From the NCBI RefSeq assembly GCF_004010195.1, contig NC_057739.1, positions 45,514,176 to 45,578,175 of the forward strand: DNA of 64,000 nucleotides. The letters are read 5' to 3'. The first letter of the stretch is position 1. Each line of letters starts with the position of its first letter. Made by a program: the position numbers and the translations under genes. Below the pieces are notes generated by a model. It was not told the DNA's origin. It searched no databases and saw only the letters and a program-made list of their open reading frames with translations. This document shows, piece after piece, positions 39,150-50,700 of this stretch. The DNA comes from Chiloscyllium plagiosum. Lineage: Eukaryota.

Positions 39150-40200
39150 TTTGATGTGGAGGTGCTGGTGTTGGTCTGGGGTGGACAAAGTTAAAAATCA
39201 CACACCACCAGGTTATGGTCCAACAGGTTTAACTGGAAGCACCAGCTATCAGAGAGCTGCCCCTTAGTCAGGGAGCTAGTGGGGTTCGATCATAGGATAC
39301 AGAGTTTATAACTGATGCGACGTATTGAACAAATCTAGATTGCTGTTAAGTCTTTAATCACTTACAATGGAAATATATGTTTCGATTGATTAATATTCAT
39401 TAAATCCCAGAACTTCTTTCAAGTCACAGTCCCAAGATAACCGAAGGTTTTATAAAAAAGACAATGGATTAAAGGTGTGAGGTTACAGTCTGACCCAACC
39501 TTGAGCCAGACTGGTTTTATTTCCAAAGTATGAACTTATAAAATGTCACATGGACTGACTGCCTACAGATTGTGTTTTTTTTAACAAAATAGAATGTTTC
39601 TACAAAAAAAATCTGCAAATGCAAATTCTCCCCATAGACTGATGTGTGTGTGTGTGAGGGAAAGAGGGAGAGTGAGTGTGTGTGGAACAGAGTGAGAGTG
39701 AGTAAGTGTGTGTGGGTGCGTATGTGTTTGTGGTAGAGAGGGAGTGAGTATTTGTGTGCATGTGAGAGTGCGTGTGTGCATGCTTGATAGTGTGTGCAGA
39801 GTGTGACAGAGTATATGTCTGTGTGAGGATGTGTACGTGAGTGTGGGTGTGTGTGTCTGAGAGAGTGTGTGTATGAGAGAGCGTCTGTGTGAGTATGTTA
39901 ATGTGATTGTGTGTAAGTGTATGTGTTTGTGTGCTTGTGTGTGAGTGAGAGTGTATAGTGTAGTGGAGTCACCTGTAGTGTGATATGAATCCAAGAACCT
40001 GGTTGAGGCCATCCTCATGGATACTGAACTTGGTTATCAGCCTCTGCTCAGTGACTCTGTGTTCTTGCATATCCTGAAGACCACCTTGGAGGATGGTCAC
40101 CTGAAGATCTGAGCCAAATGTCCTTAAAGTGTTCCCTGACTGGGAAGGAACATCCCTATCTGGCAATTGTTGCGAGGTGTCCATTCATCAGTTGTTATAT
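39150..40200 (-). mobile_element. 5'-truncated Penelope family-A element
   Basis: ORF 39969..40184(-) SDLQVTILQGGL...EQRLITKF...GLNQVLGFISHYR matches the C-terminus at 3530-3901; (TG)-rich tract and terminal repeat. Confidence 0.9.
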
Positions 40201-40680
40201 TTTAATTTTAATTGAATTAAATTCCACCATCTGCTGTGATGGGATTCAAAGCCAGATCCCCAGACATTACCTGGATCTTTGGGTTGACAGTCCAGCAGTA
40301 ATGCCACTAGGCCATCACCTGCCCATAGTGGGTGACTGTAACTTCTCCAATATTAAATCACAGCATCATAGAATCCCTACATATGGAAGAGTCCATCTGG
40401 CCAATCAAGTTGGATGGCAGCACAGTAGGACACTCCAACCAGAGCTCATCTGCTCCACCTGTTCTTTCTGATTCTATCCAAATTTTTCTCTGTTTTCAAC
40501 AGTCCTGGAGCGATCTGTGGGGAAACCGGAATCCTGGAATGACGCATGGGAAAGCCTGAATCCTGGAACAGCACAAAAGGAACCCAAGTCCTGGAGCGGC
40601 ATGATTCTTAATATTCTGGAGTGAAGTGGAGTCAAGTGCTCGCCACCACCTTCTCCCAGATCTGTATGGGAATACCACCC

Positions 40681-40984
40681 GTGGGCGGCACAGTGGTTAG
40701 CACTGCTGCCTCACAGCGCCAGAGACCTGGGTTCAATTCCCGCCTCAGGCGACTGACTGTGTGGAGTTTGCACATTCTCCCCGTGTCTGCGTGGGTTTCC
40801 TCCGGGTGCTCCGGTTTCCTCCCACATCCAAAGATGTGCAGGTCAGGTGAATTGGCCATGCTAAATTGCCCGTAGTGTTAGGTAAGGGGTATGGGTGGGT
40901 TGCGCTTCGGCGGGTCGGTGTGGACTTGTTGGGCCGAAGGGCCTGTTTCCACACTGTAAGTAATCTAATCTAATCTAATCTAAT
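40681..40984 (+). mobile_element. HE1-like V-SINE, young CpG-rich copy with (TAATC)n tail
   Basis: tRNA-like A/B boxes (cagtggttagc; ggttcaattcc); V-domain gtggagtttgcacattctccccgtgtctgcgtgggtttcctccgggtgctccgg; CR1-like tail. Confidence 0.92.
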
Positions 40985-41289
40985 ATGGGGTGGTAACATA
41001 TGTCAATACCAGATCTTTCTTGGGATTGTAGTGTGCCAACACCTTGTAGGATTATAGCTGTTTCTTTAATTCATTGAAAGCTAGGGCTTGTCTATGAGAC
41101 CATTTCCAAGGCTAACCCTTTTGTAGGAGTTGATGAATAGTGCCAGGATGGATGCCGGGTTATGTATGAACTTTCCATAATAATTTACCAGTCCAGAAAA
41201 GACCTAAGCTCCCAGAGAGACATGGGAGCTGGGGCACCTTTGATCACCCTGAACTTTACCTTTCAACGATGGAACTTGAATTTAAAAAT

Positions 41290-42730
41290 AAAGAGAACAA
41301 AGAACGTTACAACACAGGAACAAGTCCTTCAGCCCTCCAAGCCTACGCCAATCCAGATCCTCTATCTAAATCTACTGTCTATTTTCTAAGTATCCCTCTG
41401 CTCCCTGCCCATTCACGTATCTGCCTAGATACATCTTAAATTATGGTGTCACCTCCACTGGCAACGTGTTCCAGGCCCCCACAACCCTCTGCGTAAAGAA
41501 CTTTCCATGCATATCTCCCCTAAACCTTTCTCCTCTTACTTTGAACTTGTGACCCCTTGTAATTGAGTTCCCCCACTCTGGGAATATGTTTCTTGCTATC
41601 CACCCTGTCTACTCTTTTCATGATTTTGTAGATCTCAACCACTGCCTTCTTTCTAATGAACATAATCCTAATCGACTCAACCTTTCATCATAGCTAGCAC
41701 CCTCCAAACCAGGCAACATCCTGTGAACCTCCTCTGCACCCTTTCCAAAGCATCCACATCCTTTTGGTAATGTGGCGACCGGAACTGTATGCAATATTCG
41801 AAATGTGGCTGAACCAAAGTCTTATACAATTTTAACATGACTCAGTACCCCATCTGATGAAGGCAAATATGCCATATTCCTTCTTGACCACTATATTGAC
41901 TTGCGTTGCCAACTTCAGGGTACAATAGACCTGAACACCCAGATCTCTCTGTACATCAATTTTCCACAGGACTTTTCCAATTACTGTATAGTTCGCTCTG
42001 GAATTGCATCTTCCAAAATGCATCATTTCACATTTTTCTGGATTGAACTTCATCTGCCATTTCTCTGCCCAACTCTCCAATCTATCTATATTCTGCTGTA
42101 TTCTCTGACAGTCTCCTTCACTATCTACTACTCCACCAATCTTAGTGTCATCTGCAAACTTGTTAATGAGGCAATCTACACCTTCCTCTAAATCATTTAT
42201 GTATATCACAAACAACAGTGGTCCCAACACAGATCCCTGTGGGACATTACTGGTCACAGGTCTCCATTTTGCGAAGCTCCCTTCCACTACTACTCTCTGT
42301 CCCCTGTTACCCAACCAGTTCTCTATCATCTAGCCGGTACACTTTGGACCCCATGTGACTTCACCTTCTTCATCAGCCTACCATGGGGAACCTTATCAAA
42401 CACTGTACTAAAGTCCATGTATATGACATCTACATCCCTTCCCTCATCAATCAACTTTGTCATCTCTTCAAAGATTTTTATCAGGTTTGTAAGACATGAC
42501 CTTCCCTGCACAAAACCATGCTGTCTATCACTGATAAGCCTGTTTTCTTCCAAATGGGTATATATCCTACCCCTTAGTAACTTCTCCAGTAGCTTCCCTA
42601 CCACTGATGTCAGGCCCACCAGTCTATAATTACCTGGAGTATCCCTGCTTAAACAAGGGGACAACATTAGCAATTCTCCAGTCCTCTGGGACCTCCCCCG
42701 TTTTCAAGGATGCTGCAAAGATATCTGTAG
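41290..42730 (-). mobile_element. CR1 LINE RT and 3' end
   Basis: VPQGSVLGPLLFVIYINDL, KFADDTK, QHGFVQGRSCLTNL. Confidence 0.92.
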
Positions 42731-43439
42731 GGAAGACCATGTCTTACAAACCTAATAGAATGTTTTGAAGAGGTGACAAAGTTGATTGATGAGGAAGGAA
42801 TGTAGATATCTGTTAATATGCCAACTCTGTAGCCCACGTTGGTCACTTTGGGGCCCTGGAACACACATTGTTTCCTTTTTAGGCATACGCCTGCCTTAGA
42901 AAAATGCCTTAGGACTATATCCAGGTTCTCTACGTGTTCCTCATTAGTTTTCCATGATCTAGGTAAATGATGACCTCAGGTAGACCTTGCGAAATGTTCT
43001 CCATCGTCTGCTGAAAAATCCCAAATGGCAATCTGGTACATTGGTACAAGACTTTATAGGTATTAATTGTCGCACACTTCTGGGAATCCTGGTCTAAATA
43101 CAATCGCAAGTTAAGCTTGGCTCATGCCCAGCTTCATAAAGACCAAATTTGCATATAAATCCTCTATCTATGGGATCAGGTATTTATCCAGCTGTAGAAA
43201 GCAGTTTACCATTTGTTAAAATCCCACAAATGTGGACTGATCATCAGGCTTCAAAATCAGTACAACAATACTCATTCCACAAGTTGGACTGGTTTGATTA
43301 TTCCTTCACTTTCCAGCCTTCTGATTTCTGTTTCGACCAGACTGGCAGATGGAGGGTTATAGAATATTGATAAAATAGAGACACACTATGCTGCAGCAAA
43401 GGAGGCAAGTTGGAATGACTTCAGATGTGTTGAGTGTCA

Positions 43440-45650
43440 AGAGAGTAAGGCAAGGCTGATCTTTATTTTAATGCTAGGAGTGTACCAGGTAAGACTGATG
43501 AGTTAAAGGCATGGATTGACGTATGGAAGTATGATATTGTTGCCATCACATGAAACATGATTGAGGGAAAGGCTGCATTGACAACTCAACATCCTGGGGT
43601 ATAGGAACTTTAGGTGAGACAGTGAAAAATATAAAAAGGATGCTGGTGTATCACTATTAATTAAGGAGTCAGTTATTGCAATAAGGAGAGATGATATCTT
43701 TGAAATGAGGCTTTGTGGGTAGAACTTAGGAATGTTAAGGGGGCAGGAACTTTACTGAGAGTGTATTGTAGCCCCCAAAGAATCAGCAGGAAATAGAGAG
43801 GCAAATATATAGTCGGTTTATAGGGGTATGCAAGAGTAATAATCAGGTAATTATTCAAAGGGATTTCAACTATCCCAATAGAAATTGGCTTAGTCATAGT
43901 GTTAAGGGTTTAGAGGGGGCACATTTCTTGAAATATATCCAGGAGAGATTTTTCGTATAGAATATGTAGAAGGGGCCCAACAAAGGATGGTGCAGTACCA
44001 GATCTGATTCTGCGGAAAGAAGCCAGACAAGTGTTCAATGCAGGAATGTTTTGAGCGATAGTGACCACAACAGTTTTGTGTGTGTGTGTGTATGTGTGTG
44101 TGCGTGTGTGTATGTGTGTGTGTCAGGGACCCATGTTCAATTGTAGCCTTAGGTGACTGTCTGCGTGGTTTCCTTCAGGTGCTCCAGTTTCCTCCAACAA
44201 TCCAAAGATGTGCAGGCCAGGTGAATTGGCCATGCTAAATTGCCCATAGTGTTCAGGCATGTGTAGGTTAGGTGCATTCATCAGGGGTAAATGTAGAGTA
44301 ATAGGGTATGGGAATGGAGCTGGGTGGGATACTCTTTGATGTTGACTTGTTGGGCCGAAGGGCCGGTTTCCACACTGTGGGATTCTATGTACCCTGTAGG
44401 GGGAAATATCGGTGCAAAAAGTTCAGGGACACCTGGATGTCTAGGAAATTCAGGACTAGGTGAGGAAGAACAGAAAGGCCTTTCGCAAGTCCAAATGGAG
44501 CAATTCTTTTGCGGCCCTAGAGGATTATAGGGAGTGCAAAAGGGAACTTAAGAAAGCAATTAGAAGAGCAAAAAGGAGAACTTGGGAACAAGATTAGGAA
44601 GAATTCTAAGGTATTTTATAAATACATTATAGGGAAGAGGTTAACCAGAAAAAGAGTAGGGACCAAGGGCAACCTATGTGTGGAGCTGCAGGATATTTGA
44701 AGGGTGTTAAATGAATATTTCTCTTTGCTCTTCACTCTGGAAAAGGAGAATGTAGGTACAGAATTCAGGAAAAGGGACTGTGAGGAAACAGACAAATCTT
44801 CTGGCCCAGATGAATTGCAACGCAGGCTCCTGTGAGAGGTGAGGCAGGAAATTACAGGGACTTTGACGTGAATTTTTAATTCCTCTCTGTCCACCAGGGA
44901 AGTGTCAGAGGAGTGGAGAACATCTAATGTGGTTCCACTTTTCAAGAAGGATGGTAGAAATGAACCAGGAAATAAATGTCATGTCAGTGGTAGGGAAACA
45001 ATTAGAGAAAATTTTGAAAGAGAGAATTAATATCCATTTGGAAAGGCATGGGTTAATTCAGGTTAGTCAGCATGGCTTTGTCAAAGGGAGTCGAGAGCGT
45101 GGTGCTGAAGAAGCACAGCAGGTCAGGTAGCATCCAAGGAGTAGGAGAATCGACGTTTTGGGCAAAAGCCCTTCATCAGGAATGATGCTGTGAGGTGAGG
45201 GGGTGGAGAGATAAATGGGAAGGGGGTGGGGGCTGGTGGGAAATGTAGCTGAGAGTGCAATCGGTGGATGGAGGTGGGGGTAATGGTGATAAGTTGGAGG
45301 GAGAGTGGAGCAGATAGGTGGGAAGGAAGATGGACAGTAGGACCGGTCATGAGGACAGTGCTGAGTTGGAAGGTTGAAACTGGGATAAGGTGGGGAGAGG
45401 GGAAATGAGAAATAACATTTTCATTTAAAGCATAGTGGGAATCTGGAATGCACTGCCTGGCAAGGTAGTGAAGACTGGAAGCCTTATAACTTGAAAAAGA
45501 TTTTGGATGAGCATTTGAAATATCATAACATTCAGAAATATGGGACAACTGCAGGAAAATGAGATCAGCACACCTTCAGTGGCAGTTATGTTGTTGCAGA
45601 CTGGATGGGCCAAATGACCTATTAGGCACTGTATGACTCTATGACATTTG
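43440..45650 (+). mobile_element. Degenerate CR1 LINE with nested (TG)n, HE1 SINE fragment (about 44125-44390) and Penelope-B fragment (about 45089-45420)
   Basis: APE-like tattttaatgctaggagt...; SVVGKQLEKILKERINIHLERHGLIQVSQHGF. Confidence 0.8.
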
Positions 45651-46929
45651 CCTAGGAGTTAATGAGGACTGCAGATGCTGGAGGTTAGCGTCAAAGAGTG
45701 TGGTGCTGGAAAAGCACAACTGATCAAGCAGCACCCAAGCAGCAGAAGAATCGATGTTTCGGGAATACGCCCTTCATCAGGAATGACTTTTGCTCATAAG
45801 GCAAATAGCACTGCTTTGGCCTTACAGAATCATGGAATTGCTTCCTGGTCAACATGCAAGGTGGCCTTAGTTCCTCTAATAGTCCCGAAACCTTCTAGGA
45901 AGACTTCTGGGTATTTAGTTAGGACTTCACTCAGGCAGCCATTTTCTAATTGAAAAATGTTGAGCCAATTAGGTGAATTTCTCACAATCAATTTCGCTCC
46001 ATCAAACTTGGGTCCAGCTTTTTACTACAATCACTGGTAACTGAAGCAGCTGCTTTTCATAAGCGAAGGTTCCCTGATATCGGTTCTCAGCCAAACTGAG
46101 GTGTTGTGTAAAGTTAAGGGCTGGAGTCCAGAGTGAATTTTATTAAAAATGAGTTCTGCAATCACTGATCCAGCCTCGCGGGTATTGACTTCTATTAGAA
46201 GTGGATGATCATTTAACCAAACATTTATCTTGATTCGTTCTGGTTTGGATATTCCTGAGCAATTTAACAGTTCCATATCAACTGTAGGTAGACTTTCCAG
46301 CATATGAACTCTCCTGAATACATTCCGGAGAGTTCATACAGGTCTATGAATGACCTTACTCAATTCAGTTCTGGTAGGACTCTTGCTGACTTGAGTCTGC
46401 ATACCAACAACTACTATGGGTTGCTGGCCAGGATCCTGAAGAAAATTTTAACTGTTTGGCCAAGGCTTGGCTTTGTTTTGGGATTTTGCTGTGGGCTGAC
46501 CAGAGTCACTCTGATCAGGAAATGTGCTGAGTAAGGCTTTGCAATTACCTGCACCCACATGATGTTTCCCAGTTGGACTGGTTAAGGCGAGAATGTGGTG
46601 CTGGAAAAGCACAGCAGGTCCGGCAGCATCCAAGAAGCAGGAGAATCAATGTTTCGGGCATAAGCCCTTCATCAGGAATGAGGCTTTTGGGCTGGGGGGT
46701 GGCGTTGAGTAAAGGTGACCATTTCCATTGGAATACCTTGCTCCAATGGCCATATTTTCCAATAATAAAGCCAGTTGTAGCACCCATGTGAAGTTAAGCT
46801 GAGTTTCAACTTGCAGTTACATTATTATTGTTGATTGATAGATGTACCAAGATACAGTGAGGAGCATTGGCAGAGAAATAACACCCACAGCCTCTTTGAG
46901 TTTGAGGGCGAAATGACCATCATGCTGGA

Positions 46930-47480
46930 GGGACATTGATGGTGGGTTTAAATTCACCCTCAGTCTCTCTGGGGGGCATTGGGATGGGATGAATTAACCC
47001 TCATGATGTCTCTAGGGATATTGGGGTGGGGCTTAATTGACCTTCATGATCTCTCTGGGAGGACATTGGGGTGGGGGTGAATTGACCCTCATGGTCTCTC
47101 TGGGGGGAGACATTGGGCTGGGGCTTAATTGACTTTAATGGTGTCTCTAGGGGGATACTGGAGTGGGGCTTCATTGACCTTCATGGTCTCTCTGGGGGAC
47201 ATTGGGGTTGGGGTGAATTGACCCTCATGGTCTCTCTGGCGGACATTGGGGTTGGGGGTGAATTGAGCCTCATTGTCTCTCTGGGGGACATTGGGGTTGG
47301 GGTGAATTGACCCTCATGGTCTCTCTGGCGGACATTGGGGTTGGGGGTGAATTGAGCCTCATTGTCTCTCTGGGGGACATTGGGGTTGGGGGTGAATTGA
47401 CCCTCATGGTCTCTCTGGGGGACATTGGGTGGGGGGTGAATTGACCCTCATGGTCTCTCGATGGGAGGAGTCATTGGGGG
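46930..47480. repeat. G-rich tandem repeat of about 44-46 bp upstream of STKLD1
   Basis: Unit gggggtgaattgaccctcatggtctctctgggggacattgggt, about 12 copies. Confidence 0.93.
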
Positions 47481-47519
47481 TGAAATGTGACGAAATATGG
47501 AACGGAAATGTATGAAGTG

Positions 47520-47720
47520 CGGTGTTATATCGGAGATGGTGACTCCAGCGGCCTGTGCTATTGGGCCTCCCTTGGCCCCATGGTGCAGTGCGCGGGCTGG
47601 GTTGCCCTGGTAACGGGCGGGAAGGCGGGAAGGCCGTCGTCCGTCGGCGCCATGGACAACTATGAGGTAAACCCCCACCCACCCCGGAGCTTGAGGCCTG
47701 CTGCCGTCCATCCCCGCCCC
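47520..47720 (+). promoter_or_regulatory. Small CpG island / STKLD1 5' region
   Basis: CpG-rich, GC box gggcgggg, strong Kozak ggcgccATGG. Confidence 0.65.
47652..47666 (+). CDS. STKLD1: STKLD1 coding exon 1
   Basis: MDNYE; donor GTAAAC. Confidence 0.8.
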
Positions 47721-50700
47721 TTCCAACGACCTTCTCATTAACAATACACTTTTCAGCAAGAATTCCGAGTTTTAGTTATTGTGCAGCAACTCTCTCTGCT
47801 CCATTCCCATCCAGATTCAGAAAACAGAGCCCAGAGGCAGCTATGGGTTCGTGCACATCGTGAAGCGTATTAACGATGGGAGGACATTTGCCATGAAAGT
47901 GGTAAGACTGGTCTCCACAGTGACACTGGTATCCATGGTAATATGACACACACATCCACAGTGGACCCAACAAGTGACATGGTGACATAACGTGTGTATC
48001 CATGGTGACATAACGTGTGTATCCATGGTGATGTGACTCATGTATCCATGGTGACATAATGTGTGTATCCATGGTGATGTGACTCATGTATCCATGGTGA
48101 CATAATGTGTGTATCCATGATGATGTGACTCATGTATCAATGGTGACATAATGTGTGTATCCATGATGATGTGACTCATGTATCCATGGTGACATAATGT
48201 GTGTATCCATGGTGATGTGACTCATGTATCCATGGTGATGTGATTCATGTATCCATGGTGATGTGACGTGTGTATCCATGGTGATGTGACTCATGTATCC
48301 ATGGTGACATAACATGTGTATCCATGGTGATGTGACGTGTGTATCCATGGTTATGTGACTCATGTATCCATGGTGACATAATGTGTGTATCCATGGTGAC
48401 ATAATGTGTGTATCCATGGTGATGGGACTCATGTATCCATGGTGACATAACATGTGTATCCATGGTGACATAACATGTATATCCATGGTAACATAATGTG
48501 TGTATCCATGGTGATGTGACTCATGTATCCATGATGACATAACGTGTGTATCCATGGTGATGTGACTCATACATCCATGGTGACATAATGTGTGTATCCA
48601 TGGTGACATAATGTGTGTATCCATGGTGATATGACATATGTAACCCCAGTGACATGATACAGGTTTGACAGTGACTTTACATAGGTATCCATGATAACAG
48701 GACAGTATTCATGTTGATATGAAACTGCTATCCACAGGACATGACATATAATGAGTTTCCATAGTTAGGTATGATATTGACAGGACTTTCGAAGTAGGAG
48801 CATGAGCAAATCTTCCAGCCCTGAACCTGTTCTGCTAACCAAAAGAATCATGACTGACCTTTTATTTCATCTGCATTTTTACACACTAACCTCAAACACC
48901 TTAATTCCCATCTGTCCAAAACCTATTGATCTCTATTTTGAATATACTCAACAAATTTGAAAGGGTTCAGAAAAGATTTACAAGGATGTTGCCAGGGTTG
49001 GAGGATTTGAGCTATAGGGAGAGGCTGAACAGGCTGGGGTTGTTTTCCCTGGAGCATCGGAGGCTGAGGGGTGACCTTATAGCGATTTACAAAATTATGA
49101 GGAGCATGGATAGTCTTTTCCCTGGGATCAGGGAGTCCAGAACTAGAGGGCATAGGTTTAGGGTGAGAGAGGAAAGATATAACAGAGACCTATGGGGCAT
49201 CTTTTTCACACAGAGGGTGGTACGGGTATGGAATGAGCTGCCAGAGGAAATGGTGGAGGCTGGTACAATTGCAACATTTAAGAGGCATTTGGATGGGTAT
49301 ATGAATAGGAAGGGTTTGGAGGGATATGGGCTGGGTGCTGGCAGGTGGGACTAGATTGGGTTGGGATATCTGGTCAGCATGGATGGGTTGGACTGAAGAG
49401 TCTGTTTCCATGCTGTACATCTCTATGACTGTATAACCACACGTCCACAGCTCTCTGGTGTAAAGAACACTGCGAAATGAAGTAATTTTTCATCACATCA
49501 GCTCTAATTGCCGACCCCTCAATTCGTTAACTGAAAATGTGTTTACTTGAAGAATGTGCTGGGAATCCAGAATTCCAGGCAAATGTCCTCCGAATGTCAA
49601 TTCAAATTGCAACGTGGTTGATGGTGAAATATTATTCAGTAAAAATCTGGACTTTAAAACTTTTCAATTGTCATTTTTAAAAAAATAATGTATCTGGTTT
49701 ACTAATGTCCTTTAGAGAAGGAATGCTCCCATCCTTTTCCTGTCTGACCAACATGTGACTCCAGATCTGCATGAACTAGTTGACTCCCAATTGCTTTCTG
49801 AAATGGCTTAGAGAGCCACTCTGTTCGAGGGCACCCAATAGATGGACAAAGTTTGGTCCTGCTTATCAACTGGAGTTGCCCCTCATTCAGTTTTAATGCT
49901 GATAAGGCCATTCAAGAACAGATGTAGGAATCAGTTAATAAAGAACAAGATGAATGAGTCAGGGATGAGCAAACAGATATTTCAGTCAGTTTAAATGAAG
50001 AGGGTAGAAAGAGACTTATGAAGAGTATAGTCCCGACGTGGATAATAGGTAGACCTGAGCAAGAGTACTGTACAGTCCTGGTCATCGCATCACAGAAAGA
50101 ATGTGGTGACGCTGGAAATGACAGGAGATTTATGACAATGTTATTTGGAATGGAGAATTTTAGTGTTAATGAAAAGCTGGATATGCTGTGTTTGTTTACT
50201 TTAAGACAGAGAAGGCCGAAATTGGATTTCTGTGAAATGAATAAAATTATCAGGAGTGAGATAGGTTCTTCCTATCCACTCTATTTTTATTAGCTGTGAG
50301 ATCAATAAGTAAGGAGACAGATTTAAAATAACTGGTAGAAAGATTAGAGGAGAGTTTAAAATGACTTTCACCCAGAGCAGGTGGTACTGAGCAAGGGAGT
50401 TGAACAGTTTACCAGGACTTCTGCCAGCAAGTCATGATGGTGCAGGAGGGTAGGTGGAGCAGTGAACACTCCCTTCTTATGGATTAAAAAAAAAGGTGTG
50501 TTAAAAACACTGAAGGAGAGCTGGTGGGAGAGGGAGCACAGAGACCAAAGATTCCAACCCAATGTTTTAAATTTGAAAGAGTAGAGCACACCTTACATCT
50601 CCATCAATTATTCTTTAAATGTGAGACAAAGACGAAATCCCTGCTGATCTCATTGTTACAACCACTGCTACTGTCTTCAAAGGAGGATACAAAGTGGTCT

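Larger units (their letters stand above)
40650..46560 (-). mobile_element. Fragmented Gypsy-type LTR retrotransposon pol region with nested insertions
   Basis: Minus-strand protease-like KINVWLNDHPLLIEVNT (about 46200), RT IFQQTMENISQGLPEVIIYLD (about 42950-43020), connection/RNase H PWKWS...VLAHYNPKKDLVL (about 40990-41110), in pol order. Confidence 0.7.

Noticed and set aside
40681-40750. tRNA-like sequence (also about 25820-25980 and 52915-52975)
   Set aside because: SINE heads with A/B boxes; no complete cloverleaf, and they continue into SINE bodies
48130-48624. Repetitive MDTH/PWIH ORFs
   Set aside because: Translations of the intronic minisatellite
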